From assembly GCA_044220945.1 (NCBI GenBank), contig JBGAQC010000008.1, forward strand, positions 117,312-181,311: a stretch of 64,000 nucleotides of DNA. Direction: 5' to 3'. Below, piece by piece: positions 36,233-46,195 of the stretch (its first letter is position 1; each line of letters opens with the position of its first letter). A program made the translations under genes and the position numbers. Source of the stretch: Chitinophagaceae bacterium (GTDB lineage: Bacteria; Bacteroidota; Bacteroidia; Chitinophagales; Chitinophagaceae). A model generated the notes under the pieces. The model searched no databases and was not told where the DNA came from. It was given only the letters and a program-made list of their open reading frames with translations.

Positions 36233-37631
36233 ATCGGGTATAACCAAGTATTTTAAGCATGCTCTGTGCGGTCTGCTCTTTGGCATAGACCCAGTCGGTC
36301 AGCTTACCGTTCTTGTCGTGCCCCACAATGATATGTTTGGGAGAAGGGATCAGGCAATGTTTGATACCGCCATAGCCGCTGATCTGGTCCTGGTAGGCGC
36401 CGGTATGGAAAAAGCCCACATAGAGGGGTTCTCCGTTATTGATTTTCGGAAGGAATACTTCATTCACGTGTTCCTCGGAATCGTAATAATCGTGGCTGTC
36501 GCAGGTGATCCCTCCCAGTACCACCCGGTGGTATTCCTGGTCCCATTTGTTAATGGGTAGCATCAGGAACTTTTCCCCGATACCCCAGGTGTCGGGCAAT
36601 GTGGTGATGAATGAGGAATCGATCATGTACCAGATCTCCCGGTCATTCTGGGTTTTCTGGCCGATCACGCTGTAGATGTGTGCCATGCTTTCCCCTACGG
36701 TATAGCTGCCGAATTCAGTGAAGATATGCGGCATGGGTACATTATTGCGCTTGCAGGCTTTCTTGATATTGCCCACAATTTCATTGATCATGAACTGGTA
36801 ATCGTACTCAAAACCGAGGGAGTGCTTGATCGGAAAACCGCCGCCGATATTGATGGAATCGAGTTCGGGGCAGATCTTCTTCAGCTGGCAATAGAGGTTG
36901 ATCACTTTATTCAGCTCACTCCAGTAGTAGATATCGTCCTTGATCCCTTTGTTGAGAAAGATATGCAGCATTTTCAGCTGGAACAGGTGTTCATTGCCTT
37001 CGATCTTGTCTACATAAAATTCCAGCACATCGCGGGCGCGGAAACCCAGTCGCGAGGTATAGAAGGGGAAAGTAGGCTCTTCTTCGGCTGCCACGCGGAT
37101 ACCGAGCTTGAAAGGTACTTTAACGGATTTCTTGTAGTGCTGGAGCTCTTCCTTGTTATCAAGGATGGGCACCACATTCTTGAAACCGCTGTTCAGCAGC
37201 CCAGCAATCCGGGAAGTGTAGGATTTCTGCTTGAATCCGTTACAGATGATAAAGGTTTCTTTATTGATCTTCTTCTTTTCGTAGAGTTTCTTGATGATCT
37301 CTATATCGTAGGCATAAGAAGTTTCGAGATGGATATCATGCTTCAGGGCTTCTTCCACCACAAAGGAGAAATGGGAACTCTTGGTGCAATAGCAGTAATT
37401 ATACTCGCCCTCATAGCGGTGTTTTTTGATCGCATTGGCGAACATCTTCTTGGCCTTTTTGATCTGCATGCCGATCTTGGGCAGGTAGGTCAGTTTCATG
37501 GGGGTACCATACTTGTCGATCAGGGCTTTGATGTCGAGACCGTTGAAATAGAGGTAACCGTCTTTGGTTTCCAGATCTTCCTGAGGGTAGTTGAAAGTCT
37601 GCTTCACCAGGTCGGTATACGTATTGTTCAT
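36231..37631 (-). CDS. speA: Arginine decarboxylase (Bacteroidota short fold-type III PLP enzyme)
   Basis: YCTKSSH (PLP lysine), NIGGGFP, TEFGSYTVG and ITCDSHDYY; start ATG 37631. Confidence 0.85.
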   Translation of the reverse strand: MNNTYTDLVKQTFNYPQEDLETKDGYLYFNGLDIKALIDKYGTPMKLTYLPKIGMQIKKAKKMFANAIKKHRYEGEYNYCYCTKSSHFSFVVEEALKHDIHLETSYAYDIEIIKKLYEKKKINKETFIICNGFKQKSYTSRIAGLLNSGFKNVVPILDNKEELQHYKKSVKVPFKLGIRVAAEEEPTFPFYTSRLGFRARDVLEFYVDKIEGNEHLFQLKMLHIFLNKGIKDDIYYWSELNKVINLYCQLKKICPELDSINIGGGFPIKHSLGFEYDYQFMINEIVGNIKKACKRNNVPMPHIFTEFGSYTVGESMAHIYSVIGQKTQNDREIWYMIDSSFITTLPDTWGIGEKFLMLPINKWDQEYHRVVLGGITCDSHDYYDSEEHVNEVFLPKINNGEPLYVGFFHTGAYQDQISGYGGIKHCLIPSPKHIIVGHDKNGKLTDWVYAKEQTAQSMLKILGYTR

Positions 37632-37709
37632 TTCCACGTGCAAAGAAATTTGAGATGAGCCAAAGGGATTAAGTGCACAAATGTACTTTTTCTGGGATTT
37701 CTCAGGGAC

Positions 37710-37740
37710 AAAAAAAATCCCGGCCATTGAAGGCCGGGAT
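37710..37740 (-). terminator. rpmI-rplT terminator
   Basis: ATCCCGGCC-6 nt-GGCCGGGAT plus a U-tract. Confidence 0.8.
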
Positions 37741-37760
37741 CGTATCGGTTACCGGTAGGC

Positions 37761-38105
37761 TTATTTAACAGAAGCCACCAGGTTTTTGAATGTAGCGGGC
37801 TCATTCATGGCCAGGTCGGCCAGGATCTTGCGGTCGAGGGTGATCCCTTTCTGGTTCAGCTTGTGGATGAACTCAGAGTAGGTCAGTCCTTCTTCGCGAA
37901 CTGCGGCATTGATACGGGCAATCCACAGGGAGCGGTATTCTCTTTTCTTGAGTTTGCGGCCAACGTAGGCATAGGTTTGACCTTTTTCCACTACGTTTTT
38001 CGCAACGGTGTATACATTTTTACGTTTGCCATAGAATCCTTTGGCTTTTTTCAGGATCCTTTTCCGGCGTGCGCGGGAAGCAACGGCATTTACTGAACGA
38101 GGCAT
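37761..38105 (-). CDS. rplT: 50S ribosomal protein L20
   Basis: [26 protein letters not shown] and [11 protein letters not shown]. Confidence 0.97.
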   Translation of the reverse strand: MPRSVNAVASRARRKRILKKAKGFYGKRKNVYTVAKNVVEKGQTYAYVGRKLKKREYRSLWIARINAAVREEGLTYSEFIHKLNQKGITLDRKILADLAMNEPATFKNLVASVK

Positions 38106-38157
38106 ATTTGAATAATTTGAAAATTAAGAATTGGGTGACTGAACCGGAGCGTACTGC

Positions 38158-38355
38158 TTATTTGAGGCGGAGCAGGCGCTTTACAAAGTTCATGTTCGAT
38201 TTGTGTACCACACCATCCTGTCCGAGTGCACGCTTGCGCTTGTTGGATTTTTTGGTGAGGATGTGTCTTTTGAAAGGCTTCTGGTGCGTGATCTTGCCGG
38301 TAGCAGTCACTTTAAAGCGCTTCTTGGCGCTGGAGTTTGTTTTTACCTTAGGCAT
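38158..38355 (-). CDS. rpmI: 50S ribosomal protein L35
   Basis: [17 protein letters not shown] and [12 protein letters not shown]; start ATG 38355. Confidence 0.97.
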   Translation of the reverse strand: MPKVKTNSSAKKRFKVTATGKITHQKPFKRHILTKKSNKRKRALGQDGVVHKSNMNFVKRLLRLK

Positions 38356-38740
38356 TTTACCTGGTTTATGTAGTTCACCTTTGAGGCGTTTCCGCACAGG
38401 CGGAACCCTTATCGGGCCTCTTCAGGAATATCCGTTCTTGAAAACGGGAGCGCAAAGATAGTGATTTTCAAAGAAGTATCGTAGCGGGGCTATAAAAAAA
38501 TCATTCCGCCAGTTGCCTGAATAAAATATTGATTATTAATATTTTATAAACCCACTGAAAACTCTTTTTGGGTTTACCTGATTTTTGAGGCCGGGTACCC
38601 GACTGTGAAGCGCCGTAAAATTGGACTGCAACACTTTACAATTATCTATCATTCAAGCTGTAAGCAAATTCTAAAACCTGTAATACAGGAGGTAAAACTT
38701 TCTTTCGAATACTTATCTTTAGCACATATCCTTTTCAAAC

Positions 38741-41700
38741 ATGAAACAAATGCCCCGACTGCTGCTTTTAGCGATTGCACTTTTCACTCTTTTCAGTTGT
38801 TCCACACGTTCCGGCAAACCCCGGATCCTGGTATTCAGTAAAACAGCCGGTTTCCGGCACAGCTCCATTCCGGATGGCAAGGCTGCCATTATGAAACTTG
38901 GAGCCGAGAATGGTTTTCTGGTGGATACAACAGAAGATCCCTCTTATTTCAATGAAGATTCCCTCAAAAATTATTCAGCAGTGGTATTCCTGCATTCAAC
39001 AGGCGACCTGCTCAACAATTACGAGGAAGCCGATTTTGAACGCTATATACAGGCAGGCGGTGGATATGTAGGTATACATGCTGCGTCTGATGCCGAATAC
39101 GACTGGGGCTGGTATGGCCGTCTGGTCGGCGGTTATTTCGAGAGCCATCCGGCTCAGCAGGATGCTGTCCTGAATGTGGTCGACAATACCCATGGTTCCA
39201 CCAGGCACCTGCCTGCCCAGTGGAAGCGCAAGGATGAATGGTATAATTTCAAAAAGCTGAACCCGGATGTCAAAGTACTGATCAAGATCGATGAAAAGTC
39301 GTATCAGGGTGGCAAGAATGGCGATAACCATCCTATGGCCTGGTATCATGAATTTGACGGAGGCCGTGCCTGGTATACCGAGCTCGGTCATACTGAAGAG
39401 TCGTTCAAGGAAGATAATTACCTGAAACATATCCTGGGTGGTATCCAGTATGCCATTGGAGAGAACAGGAACCTGGATTATGACAAAGCCACTACCCTCC
39501 GGGTGCCGGAGAATGACCGCTTTACCAAAGTGATGCTCTCACAGGGTGAATTCTATGAGCCTACTGAAATGGCGGTACTGCCCAACCTGGATGTATTGAT
39601 CGCCCAGCGCCGCGGCGAAGTGATGCTCTATAAGAACAGTACCCATACTGTAAAACAGGTTGGGTTCCTGGATGTGTATTTCAAGACTCTCAAGGCCAAT
39701 GCCAATGCGGAAGAAGGGCTGCTGGGCCTGCAAGCCGATCCTGATTTTGAAAAGAACCATTACGTATACTTGTTTTACAGTCCTTCCGATACATCTGTAA
39801 ACAGGTTGTCGCGCTTTACTTTTGTGAATGATACCCTCGACCGCAAAACGGAAAAGATCATCCTCCAGTTCTATTCCCAGCGCGAGATCTGTTGTCATAC
39901 CGGCGGCTCCATTACTTTTGGTAATGATCATGAGTTGTTCCTGTCTACCGGTGACAACAGTACGCCTTTCGACTCCCCCACTCCTTTTGCGAATCATGGT
40001 TTCGGTCCGATGGACGACCGCGAAGGGTTTGAACAATACGATGCCCGCCGTTCCAGTGGTAACACGAACGACCTGCGGGGCAAGATCCTCCGGATCAAGA
40101 TCAACCCCGATGGTTCCTACAGTGTTCCGGATGGGAACCTCTTCCCGAAAGGCACCGAAAAGACCCGTCCCGAGATCTATGTAATGGGTAACCGGAATCC
40201 GTACCGTATTGCGTTTGACAAGAAAAGGAATTACCTCTATTGGGGTGAAGTAGGTCCGGATGCCGGTGCTGATAGTCTGGATACCCGTGGCCCGCGTGGT
40301 TACGATGAACTGAACCAGGCCAAGAAAGCCGGTTTCTTTGGCTGGCCTTTCTTTGTGGGGAACAATTACCCCTATGCCCAGTACAATTATACTACGGGTG
40401 CCATTGGAGCGAAATATGATCCCGCACATCCGGTCAATACATCGAAGAACAATACCGGTCTGACTGACCTGCCTCCAGTATCGCCTGCCTTCATCTGGTA
40501 TCCTTATGCGGCCTCCCCCGATTTCCCGCAAATGGGCACTGGTGGACGCAATGCCATGGCCGGTCCAACTTATTATGTGGATCAGTATCCGAAAGAGACA
40601 CGTTATCCGGATTATTATAATGGCAAAGTATTCATCTATGAATGGATGCGCAACTTCATCAAAGTGGTGACGCTGGATGAGAAAGGCGACTTCTATAAAA
40701 TGGAACCCTTCCTTTCCGGCACGAAGCTGAATGCCGTTATTGACATGGAGATGGCACCCAATGGCCGTATCTATATGCTGGAATACGGCAGTGGCTGGTT
40801 CAGCAAGAATCCTGATGCAGGCCTGAGTTATATTGAATACAATGGCGGTAACCGTCTGCCTGTAGTTGGCGAACTGAAAGTAGACAAGCTTTCCGGCGCG
40901 TTACCTTATAAAATTACTGCTACGGTTGAAGCCCGCGATCCGGAGAAAAAAGCGCTCAGTTATACCTGGGATCTGGGCAATGGAGAGAAAAAGACAACAA
41001 CCGAACCCAAACTGGAGTACACTTACAACAAGCCGGGCGATTTTTCTATCAGTGTGGAAGTTACCGATGATGCACAAGGCAAAGTGAAGAGTAATGCAGT
41101 TGCAGTATATTCCGGCAATGAAACACCGGATGTGAAGGTTACGGTTGAAGGAAATCAGACCTTCTATTTCCCCGGAGTGCCGGTAAAGTATAAAGTTGCT
41201 GTAACCGATAAGGATGATGCCACTGCGGGACAGGATCTGAGCACCCTGGTGGTGAATGCCGATTACCAGGAAGGAACCGATATGGCCGCTTCCGGACAGG
41301 GACATAAGATCCTGAGTACGGTTATGCTGGGCAAGAATACCATGATGGCGCTGGATTGTAAGAACTGTCATCAGGTGGATACCAAATCAATCGGGCCCGC
41401 CTTTACTGATGTAGCGAAGAAATATGAGAAACAGGCTGGCGCCATGGATTACCTGTCTGCCAAGATCATCCGTGGTGGTGGTGGCGTATGGGGAGAGACC
41501 CCGATGGCGGCCCACCCCAACCTGAAGCAGGACGACGCCAAACTGATCGTGACCTGGATCATGAGTCTGGCATCTGCAGAGGCACGTAAGCCCTACCCGG
41601 CCAGCGGCAGCCTGGATCCCACATTGGGCAAGCCAGCTAAGCATAATGGTGTACTGACGATAACCGCCACTTACACCGATAAAGGCGGCAATGGCATTAA

Positions 41701-42145
41701 ACCGATGACCGGTACTGGATTTGAAGCCTTGCGAAGTGCTACCGTTTCACTTAATGGTGCCACAGATATCAATGGTTTCAATGGTGTGGATTATGGTGGC
41801 AGACACCTGCTCGTACTGCCCAAAACGCAGGGCTGGTTCAGCATAGCCAATATTGATCTCACCAGCGTGAAATCTGTACTCCTCCAAAGCGGCTGGCAGC
41901 AAGCTCCTGTGTATGGGTTTGACTTTGAGATCCGGCTGGATGCACCTGATGGACAGTTGCTGGGTAAAGGTTCCCTTGCCGGCGGATTGCCGACAAAAGG
42001 TGGTATGGGTGGAGCCCCTGTACTGATTGCCACAACACCGGTTACCGATGGTAAACTGCATAAAGTGTATGTGGTCACCAAGCCGAAAGATCCGAAGGAG
42101 CCCAATATGTGTGCTTTGACCGGACTGCAGTTCCAGGCAAAATAA
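38741..42145 (+). CDS. Multidomain lipoprotein: ThuA-like + PQQ/sorbosone-dehydrogenase-like propeller + PKD + cytochrome c + C-terminal beta domain
   Basis: Lipobox LFSC, VFSKTAGFRHSSI (ThuA), CCHTGG and GNRNPYR (GSDH-like), YTWDLGNG (PKD), CKNCH heme motif. Confidence 0.85.
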   Translation: MKQMPRLLLLAIALFTLFSCSTRSGKPRILVFSKTAGFRHSSIPDGKAAIMKLGAENGFLVDTTEDPSYFNEDSLKNYSAVVFLHSTGDLLNNYEEADFERYIQAGGGYVGIHAASDAEYDWGWYGRLVGGYFESHPAQQDAVLNVVDNTHGSTRHLPAQWKRKDEWYNFKKLNPDVKVLIKIDEKSYQGGKNGDNHPMAWYHEFDGGRAWYTELGHTEESFKEDNYLKHILGGIQYAIGENRNLDYDKATTLRVPENDRFTKVMLSQGEFYEPTEMAVLPNLDVLIAQRRGEVMLYKNSTHTVKQVGFLDVYFKTLKANANAEEGLLGLQADPDFEKNHYVYLFYSPSDTSVNRLSRFTFVNDTLDRKTEKIILQFYSQREICCHTGGSITFGNDHELFLSTGDNSTPFDSPTPFANHGFGPMDDREGFEQYDARRSSGNTNDLRGKILRIKINPDGSYSVPDGNLFPKGTEKTRPEIYVMGNRNPYRIAFDKKRNYLYWGEVGPDAGADSLDTRGPRGYDELNQAKKAGFFGWPFFVGNNYPYAQYNYTTGAIGAKYDPAHPVNTSKNNTGLTDLPPVSPAFIWYPYAASPDFPQMGTGGRNAMAGPTYYVDQYPKETRYPDYYNGKVFIYEWMRNFIKVVTLDEKGDFYKMEPFLSGTKLNAVIDMEMAPNGRIYMLEYGSGWFSKNPDAGLSYIEYNGGNRLPVVGELKVDKLSGALPYKITATVEARDPEKKALSYTWDLGNGEKKTTTEPKLEYTYNKPGDFSISVEVTDDAQGKVKSNAVAVYSGNETPDVKVTVEGNQTFYFPGVPVKYKVAVTDKDDATAGQDLSTLVVNADYQEGTDMAASGQGHKILSTVMLGKNTMMALDCKNCHQVDTKSIGPAFTDVAKKYEKQAGAMDYLSAKIIRGGGGVWGETPMAAHPNLKQDDAKLIVTWIMSLASAEARKPYPASGSLDPTLGKPAKHNGVLTITATYTDKGGNGIKPMTGTGFEALRSATVSLNGATDINGFNGVDYGGRHLLVLPKTQGWFSIANIDLTSVKSVLLQSGWQQAPVYGFDFEIRLDAPDGQLLGKGSLAGGLPTKGGMGGAPVLIATTPVTDGKLHKVYVVTKPKDPKEPNMCALTGLQFQAK

Positions 42146-42178
42146 ACAAGCTGATATCAAATACGAAAAAGCGCTTTC

Positions 42179-42556
42179 TCAGGAAAGCGCTTTTTTTCTT
42201 GCTGAAAAATAATCAGTAAATAAAACGATGATGAGGATGAGCAATCCGCCGAATTCACGGGTATCCTCGATCCAGGGTTTTTCGGCTTTCATGGTCTGTA
42301 CCAGGTTCTCCGCATGGTGTTCATTGTACCAGTCGATCACCCCGTCTTTGGTAAAGACCAGCCAGATGGCATAGAGCAGATATGCCGCTATACCGGCCAG
42401 ATAGGCTTTGGGATAGTAGCGTCCGCGTGCATACAGCCAGCAAAGCACAGCAGCATAGAGATAGATCGGCATCCAGAGCCAGGGATCGGGATCATTGTAT
42501 TGCAAGGCTGCAAAAAGGACAAAAATGACGGTAAAGCAATAATTGAAGACTTTCAT
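42179..42556 (-). CDS. TMEM220-family membrane protein
   Basis: FAALQYNDPDPWLW and EDTREFGGL. Confidence 0.8.
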   Translation of the reverse strand: MKVFNYCFTVIFVLFAALQYNDPDPWLWMPIYLYAAVLCWLYARGRYYPKAYLAGIAAYLLYAIWLVFTKDGVIDWYNEHHAENLVQTMKAEKPWIEDTREFGGLLILIIVLFTDYFSARKKALS

Positions 42557-42699
42557 GCCGGCTGGTTTTGACTAAAAATAGTCATTTCTGCAGGAACCGG
42601 AATTTGGCAGTACCTCAAATTAAATAGTAAATTGAACAGTCAACTTATACTGGTCTATTTTTGTTTTTGCGAAACTCATCAACTCAACTGGGAAAACAT

Positions 42700-43482
42700 A
42701 TGCTGAATGTCATTTTAAGTAACCGGCCAGCCAAACTGCTGACCATTATCACTGCATTTTTTGTGGCTAATGCCCTTATTGCCGAATGTATTGGCGGCAA
42801 GATCTTTTCACTGGAAGGTGTATTGGGCATCGCACCTGCCAACCTTACACTATTTGGTGAGTCGGGTCTGTCTTTTTCCCTTACCTGCGGGGTCTTGCTA
42901 TGGCCCCTGGAGTTTATCATTACCGACGTTGTCAACGAATATTATGGGCCCAAGGTCGTCCGCCGGATTTCGTATACTGCAGTAGCCCTGATCTCCTACG
43001 CCTTCCTGATGTTCTACCTGGCCATGTGGCTGGCACCTCCGCAATGGTGGGTGGAATCCAAGACTGCTGAAGGCATTCCCAATATGCAGACTGCGTTTTC
43101 CGGGATCTTTGGCCAGGGTATGTGGATCATATTTGGAAGCCTGATGGCATTCCTGGTGAGCCAGATCGTGGATGTAACCGTTTTCCATAAGATCAAGAAA
43201 GTGACCGGGGAAAAGAAAGTTTGGTTGCGGGCAACCGGCTCCACGCTGGTATCTCAGTTCGTAGACAGTTTCATTGTACTCTTCATTGCATTCAAGCTGG
43301 GAGCAGGATGGAGCTGGCAAAAAGTACTGGCGATCTGTATTGTCAATTACACTTATAAATTTACTGTAGCCATTCTGCTGACGCCTGTGATCTATCTTCT
43401 GGAGAACAGGATGGAACATTATCTGGGCAGGGATACGGCGAAGCAGATGAAGCTGGCGGCGATGGGGAAGGAAAGTGAGTGA
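42700..43482 (+). CDS. Queuosine precursor transporter (VUT/YhhQ family)
   Basis: ITDVVNEYYG, SLMAFLVSQIVDV and RATGSTLVSQFVDS. Confidence 0.88.
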   Translation: MLNVILSNRPAKLLTIITAFFVANALIAECIGGKIFSLEGVLGIAPANLTLFGESGLSFSLTCGVLLWPLEFIITDVVNEYYGPKVVRRISYTAVALISYAFLMFYLAMWLAPPQWWVESKTAEGIPNMQTAFSGIFGQGMWIIFGSLMAFLVSQIVDVTVFHKIKKVTGEKKVWLRATGSTLVSQFVDSFIVLFIAFKLGAGWSWQKVLAICIVNYTYKFTVAILLTPVIYLLENRMEHYLGRDTAKQMKLAAMGKESE

Positions 43483-43527
43483 GTGAGGAATGGTGAGTAG
43501 TGAATAGTCAATAGTGAATGGTCAATA
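43475..43527 (+). repeat. (GTGA)3 plus GTSAATR-like heptamer x5 after the VUT stop
   Basis: GTGAGTA GTGAATA GTCAATA GTGAATG GTCAATA at 43493-43527. Confidence 0.75.
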
Positions 43528-43557
43528 AAAAAGCCCCGCGGTGCGGGGCTTTTTTTT
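43527..43557. terminator. Bidirectional terminator between the VUT gene and infC
   Basis: AAAAAAGCCCCGC-GGT-GCGGGGCTTTTTTTT. Confidence 0.85.
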
Positions 43558-43558
43558 A

Positions 43559-44173
43559 TCAGGATTCTTTTTCCTTTTTCTTCTTGGCGCTTTTTGGAGC
43601 GAGCATGATAAACATCCGTTTTCCTTCAAGTTTGGGAAGGGCTTCAGGCTGGCCGATCTCCTGGAGGCGTTCGGCGAATTTCAGGAGCAGGAGTTCTCCG
43701 CGTTCCTTGAACTGGATAGCGCGGCCCTTGAACTGAACGTAAGCTTTCACCTTATTACCGTCTTTCAGAAACCCTTCGGCATGACGCGATTTGAAATCGA
43801 AATCATGGTCGTCGGTATTGGGTGTAAAACGGATCTCTTTCACTTCGGAAACCTTGGCCTTGGCCTTCATTTCCTTTTCCTTCTTCTTCTTATCGTAAAG
43901 GAATTTATTATAATCGATGACCTTACAAACGGGGGGATCGGCGTTGGGGGAGATCTCCACCAGGTCGAGTTGCTGTTCCTGAGCAATTTTCAGGGCTTCC
44001 TGAGTGGAATAAACGCCCACTTCCACATTGTCGCCTACCAGACGAACCTGGGGTACACGGATGAAGTGATTGATACGGTGTTCGGCCTCTTTACGGGGTA
44101 CAAATCGGCCTCTGTTGAATCCACCACCGCCTCCGGGAGGACGGTTGAATGCAGGTCTTTGCGGTAATGCCAT
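43559..44173 (-). CDS. infC: Translation initiation factor IF-3
   Basis: [37 protein letters not shown] and FKGRAI. Confidence 0.96.
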   Translation of the reverse strand: MALPQRPAFNRPPGGGGGFNRGRFVPRKEAEHRINHFIRVPQVRLVGDNVEVGVYSTQEALKIAQEQQLDLVEISPNADPPVCKVIDYNKFLYDKKKKEKEMKAKAKVSEVKEIRFTPNTDDHDFDFKSRHAEGFLKDGNKVKAYVQFKGRAIQFKERGELLLLKFAERLQEIGQPEALPKLEGKRMFIMLAPKSAKKKKEKES

Positions 44174-44257
44174 TTAACGTTGTTGTGTGATGCCTTCCTG
44201 GAGGCTGCTTTTGGGTTTACGCTGTGCCAGGACTACAGCGTTTTATGGTTTACAAAA

Positions 44258-46195
44258 TTAATCAGATTTCCGGTCCCGGATCTCCTCAGTGGCTGCCGCG
44301 ATAAAAGCGGCAAGTTCCTGAGTTCCCAGGTCACCTTTACCCTGCCGGCGGATGGATACTTTTTCTTCTGCCATTTCCTTCTCTCCCACTACCAGCATGT
44401 ACGGCACTTTCATCAGTTCTGTATCCCGGATCTTCTTGCCGATCTTCTCGTTGCGTTCATCAACCTCTGCACGAATATCTGCTTTTTTCAGCTTCTGCGA
44501 AATAGTTTGTGCATAAGGCAAATACTTATCGCTGATGGGCAGCACTTTTACCTGAACCGGGGCCAGCCAAAGGGGGAATTTACCGGCATAGTGCTCCAGC
44601 AGGAAGCCGATAAAGCGCTCATGGGTTCCCAGGGGTGCCCGGTGGATGATCAGAGGGGTTTCAGCTTTATTCTCCTGTGTGGCAAATTCCAGTTTAAAGC
44701 GTCTTCCCTGGGCAAAATCAACCTGATTGGTGGCCAGGGTAAATTCGCGGCCGATGGCACTCCAGATCTGAACATCGATCTTGGGGCCGTAGAAGGCGGC
44801 TTCATCGTGTACTTCCACAAAAGGCGTATTGGTGCGGATCAGTACATCCCTAACCAGGGCTTCTGTTTCCTTCCAGAGCTCCGGTTCGTTCACATATTTC
44901 TGGCCCAGTTTTGTGGGTTCATGCAGGCTCAGGCGCATGACATACTTATCGATTCCGAAGATCTTGAAATACTTCAGGTACATGTCATTCACCGCCTTGA
45001 ATTCCTCATAGAATTGCTCCTTGGTGCAATAGATATGGGCATCATTCATGTGGAGGCAACGGACCCGCATCAGTCCGAACAGCTCACCACTCTGCTCATA
45101 GCGGTAACAGGTGCCGTACTCGGCCAATCGCAACGGAAGGTCTTTATAGCTGCGGGGTTCGGCAGCAAAGATCTTATGGTGGTGCGGACAGTTCATGGCT
45201 TTCAGGTAGTATTTCTGTCCTTCCAGTTCCATGGGAGGATACATACTGTCCTGGTAATACGGCAGGTGTCCGCTGGTGAGGTACATACTTTCTTTGGCGA
45301 TATGCGGTGTTACCACACGCTTATAACCTGCATCCTGCTCAGTTTCCTTGGCCAGGCGTTCCAGTTCCTCAATGATGATCGTACCATTGGGCATCCACAG
45401 CGGCAGACCGGGGCCCACATCATCATCCATGGTGAAAATGCCCAGCTCCTTGCCCAGTTTCCGGTGATCCCGCTTTTTGGCTTCTTCGAGCATCTGCAGG
45501 TATTCATCCAGTTCTTTCTGGTTGGGGAATGTGACCCCGTAAACACGGGTCAGCATCTTGTTTTTCTCATCACCCTTCCAGTAGGCTCCTGCCACACTGG
45601 TCAGTTTGATGGCCTTGATCAGCCCGGTATGCGGAATATGGGGGCCGCGGCAGAGGTCGGTAAATGCACCTTGTGTATAAAACGTGATGGATCCATCCGT
45701 CAGGTTCTGGAGCAGATCCAGTTTATATTCATCGCCTTTCTCCGTAAAGTACTGAACGGCTTCGGCCTTGGGCATTTCCTTGCGCAGGTAGGCATTGGCC
45801 TGTTTCGAAAGTTCATTCATTTTCTTCTCCAGCTGCTGCAGGTCATCTTCTGTAAGCCTGCGGTCGCCCAGGTCCATATCGTAATAAAAACCCTTGTCGA
45901 TGGCAGGTCCAACCCAGAATTTCACTCCCGGGAACATCGATTCCACGGCCTCAGCCATGAGGTGGGCAGAAGAATGCCAGAAAGTGGATTTTCCTTCCCC
46001 GTCTTCCCAGGTCAGGAGTTTGAGGCGGGCATCTTCACCGATCGGACGGCTGGCATCCCATACTTCACCGTTCACACTGGCGGCGAGAACTTTCCGCGCC
46101 AGTCCTTCGCTGATGGATTTGGCTACATCCATAGCCGAGCTGCCCTGGGGATATTCGCGGACAGCGCCATCGGGAAACTGTATCTTGATATTCAT
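44258..46195 (-). CDS. thrS: Threonine--tRNA ligase
   Basis: HSSAHLMAEA, DLCRGPH, RDHRKLG, MNCPHH, YRYEQSG and AFYGPKID. Confidence 0.97.
   Translation of the reverse strand: MNIKIQFPDGAVREYPQGSSAMDVAKSISEGLARKVLAASVNGEVWDASRPIGEDARLKLLTWEDGEGKSTFWHSSAHLMAEAVESMFPGVKFWVGPAIDKGFYYDMDLGDRRLTEDDLQQLEKKMNELSKQANAYLRKEMPKAEAVQYFTEKGDEYKLDLLQNLTDGSITFYTQGAFTDLCRGPHIPHTGLIKAIKLTSVAGAYWKGDEKNKMLTRVYGVTFPNQKELDEYLQMLEEAKKRDHRKLGKELGIFTMDDDVGPGLPLWMPNGTIIIEELERLAKETEQDAGYKRVVTPHIAKESMYLTSGHLPYYQDSMYPPMELEGQKYYLKAMNCPHHHKIFAAEPRSYKDLPLRLAEYGTCYRYEQSGELFGLMRVRCLHMNDAHIYCTKEQFYEEFKAVNDMYLKYFKIFGIDKYVMRLSLHEPTKLGQKYVNEPELWKETEALVRDVLIRTNTPFVEVHDEAAFYGPKIDVQIWSAIGREFTLATNQVDFAQGRRFKLEFATQENKAETPLIIHRAPLGTHERFIGFLLEHYAGKFPLWLAPVQVKVLPISDKYLPYAQTISQKLKKADIRAEVDERNEKIGKKIRDTELMKVPYMLVVGEKEMAEEKVSIRRQGKGDLGTQELAAFIAAATEEIRDRKSD

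Noticed and set aside
42557-42699. preQ1 riboswitch upstream of the queuosine precursor transporter
   Set aside because: No preQ1-I stem-loop with 3' A-rich tail or other recognisable aptamer by eye; a cmscan would settle it.
38400-43520. The segment separating infC and rpmI as a mobile element or genomic island
   Set aside because: No integrase or transposase, terminal repeats or obvious compositional shift; the genes are typical Bacteroidota chromosomal families.
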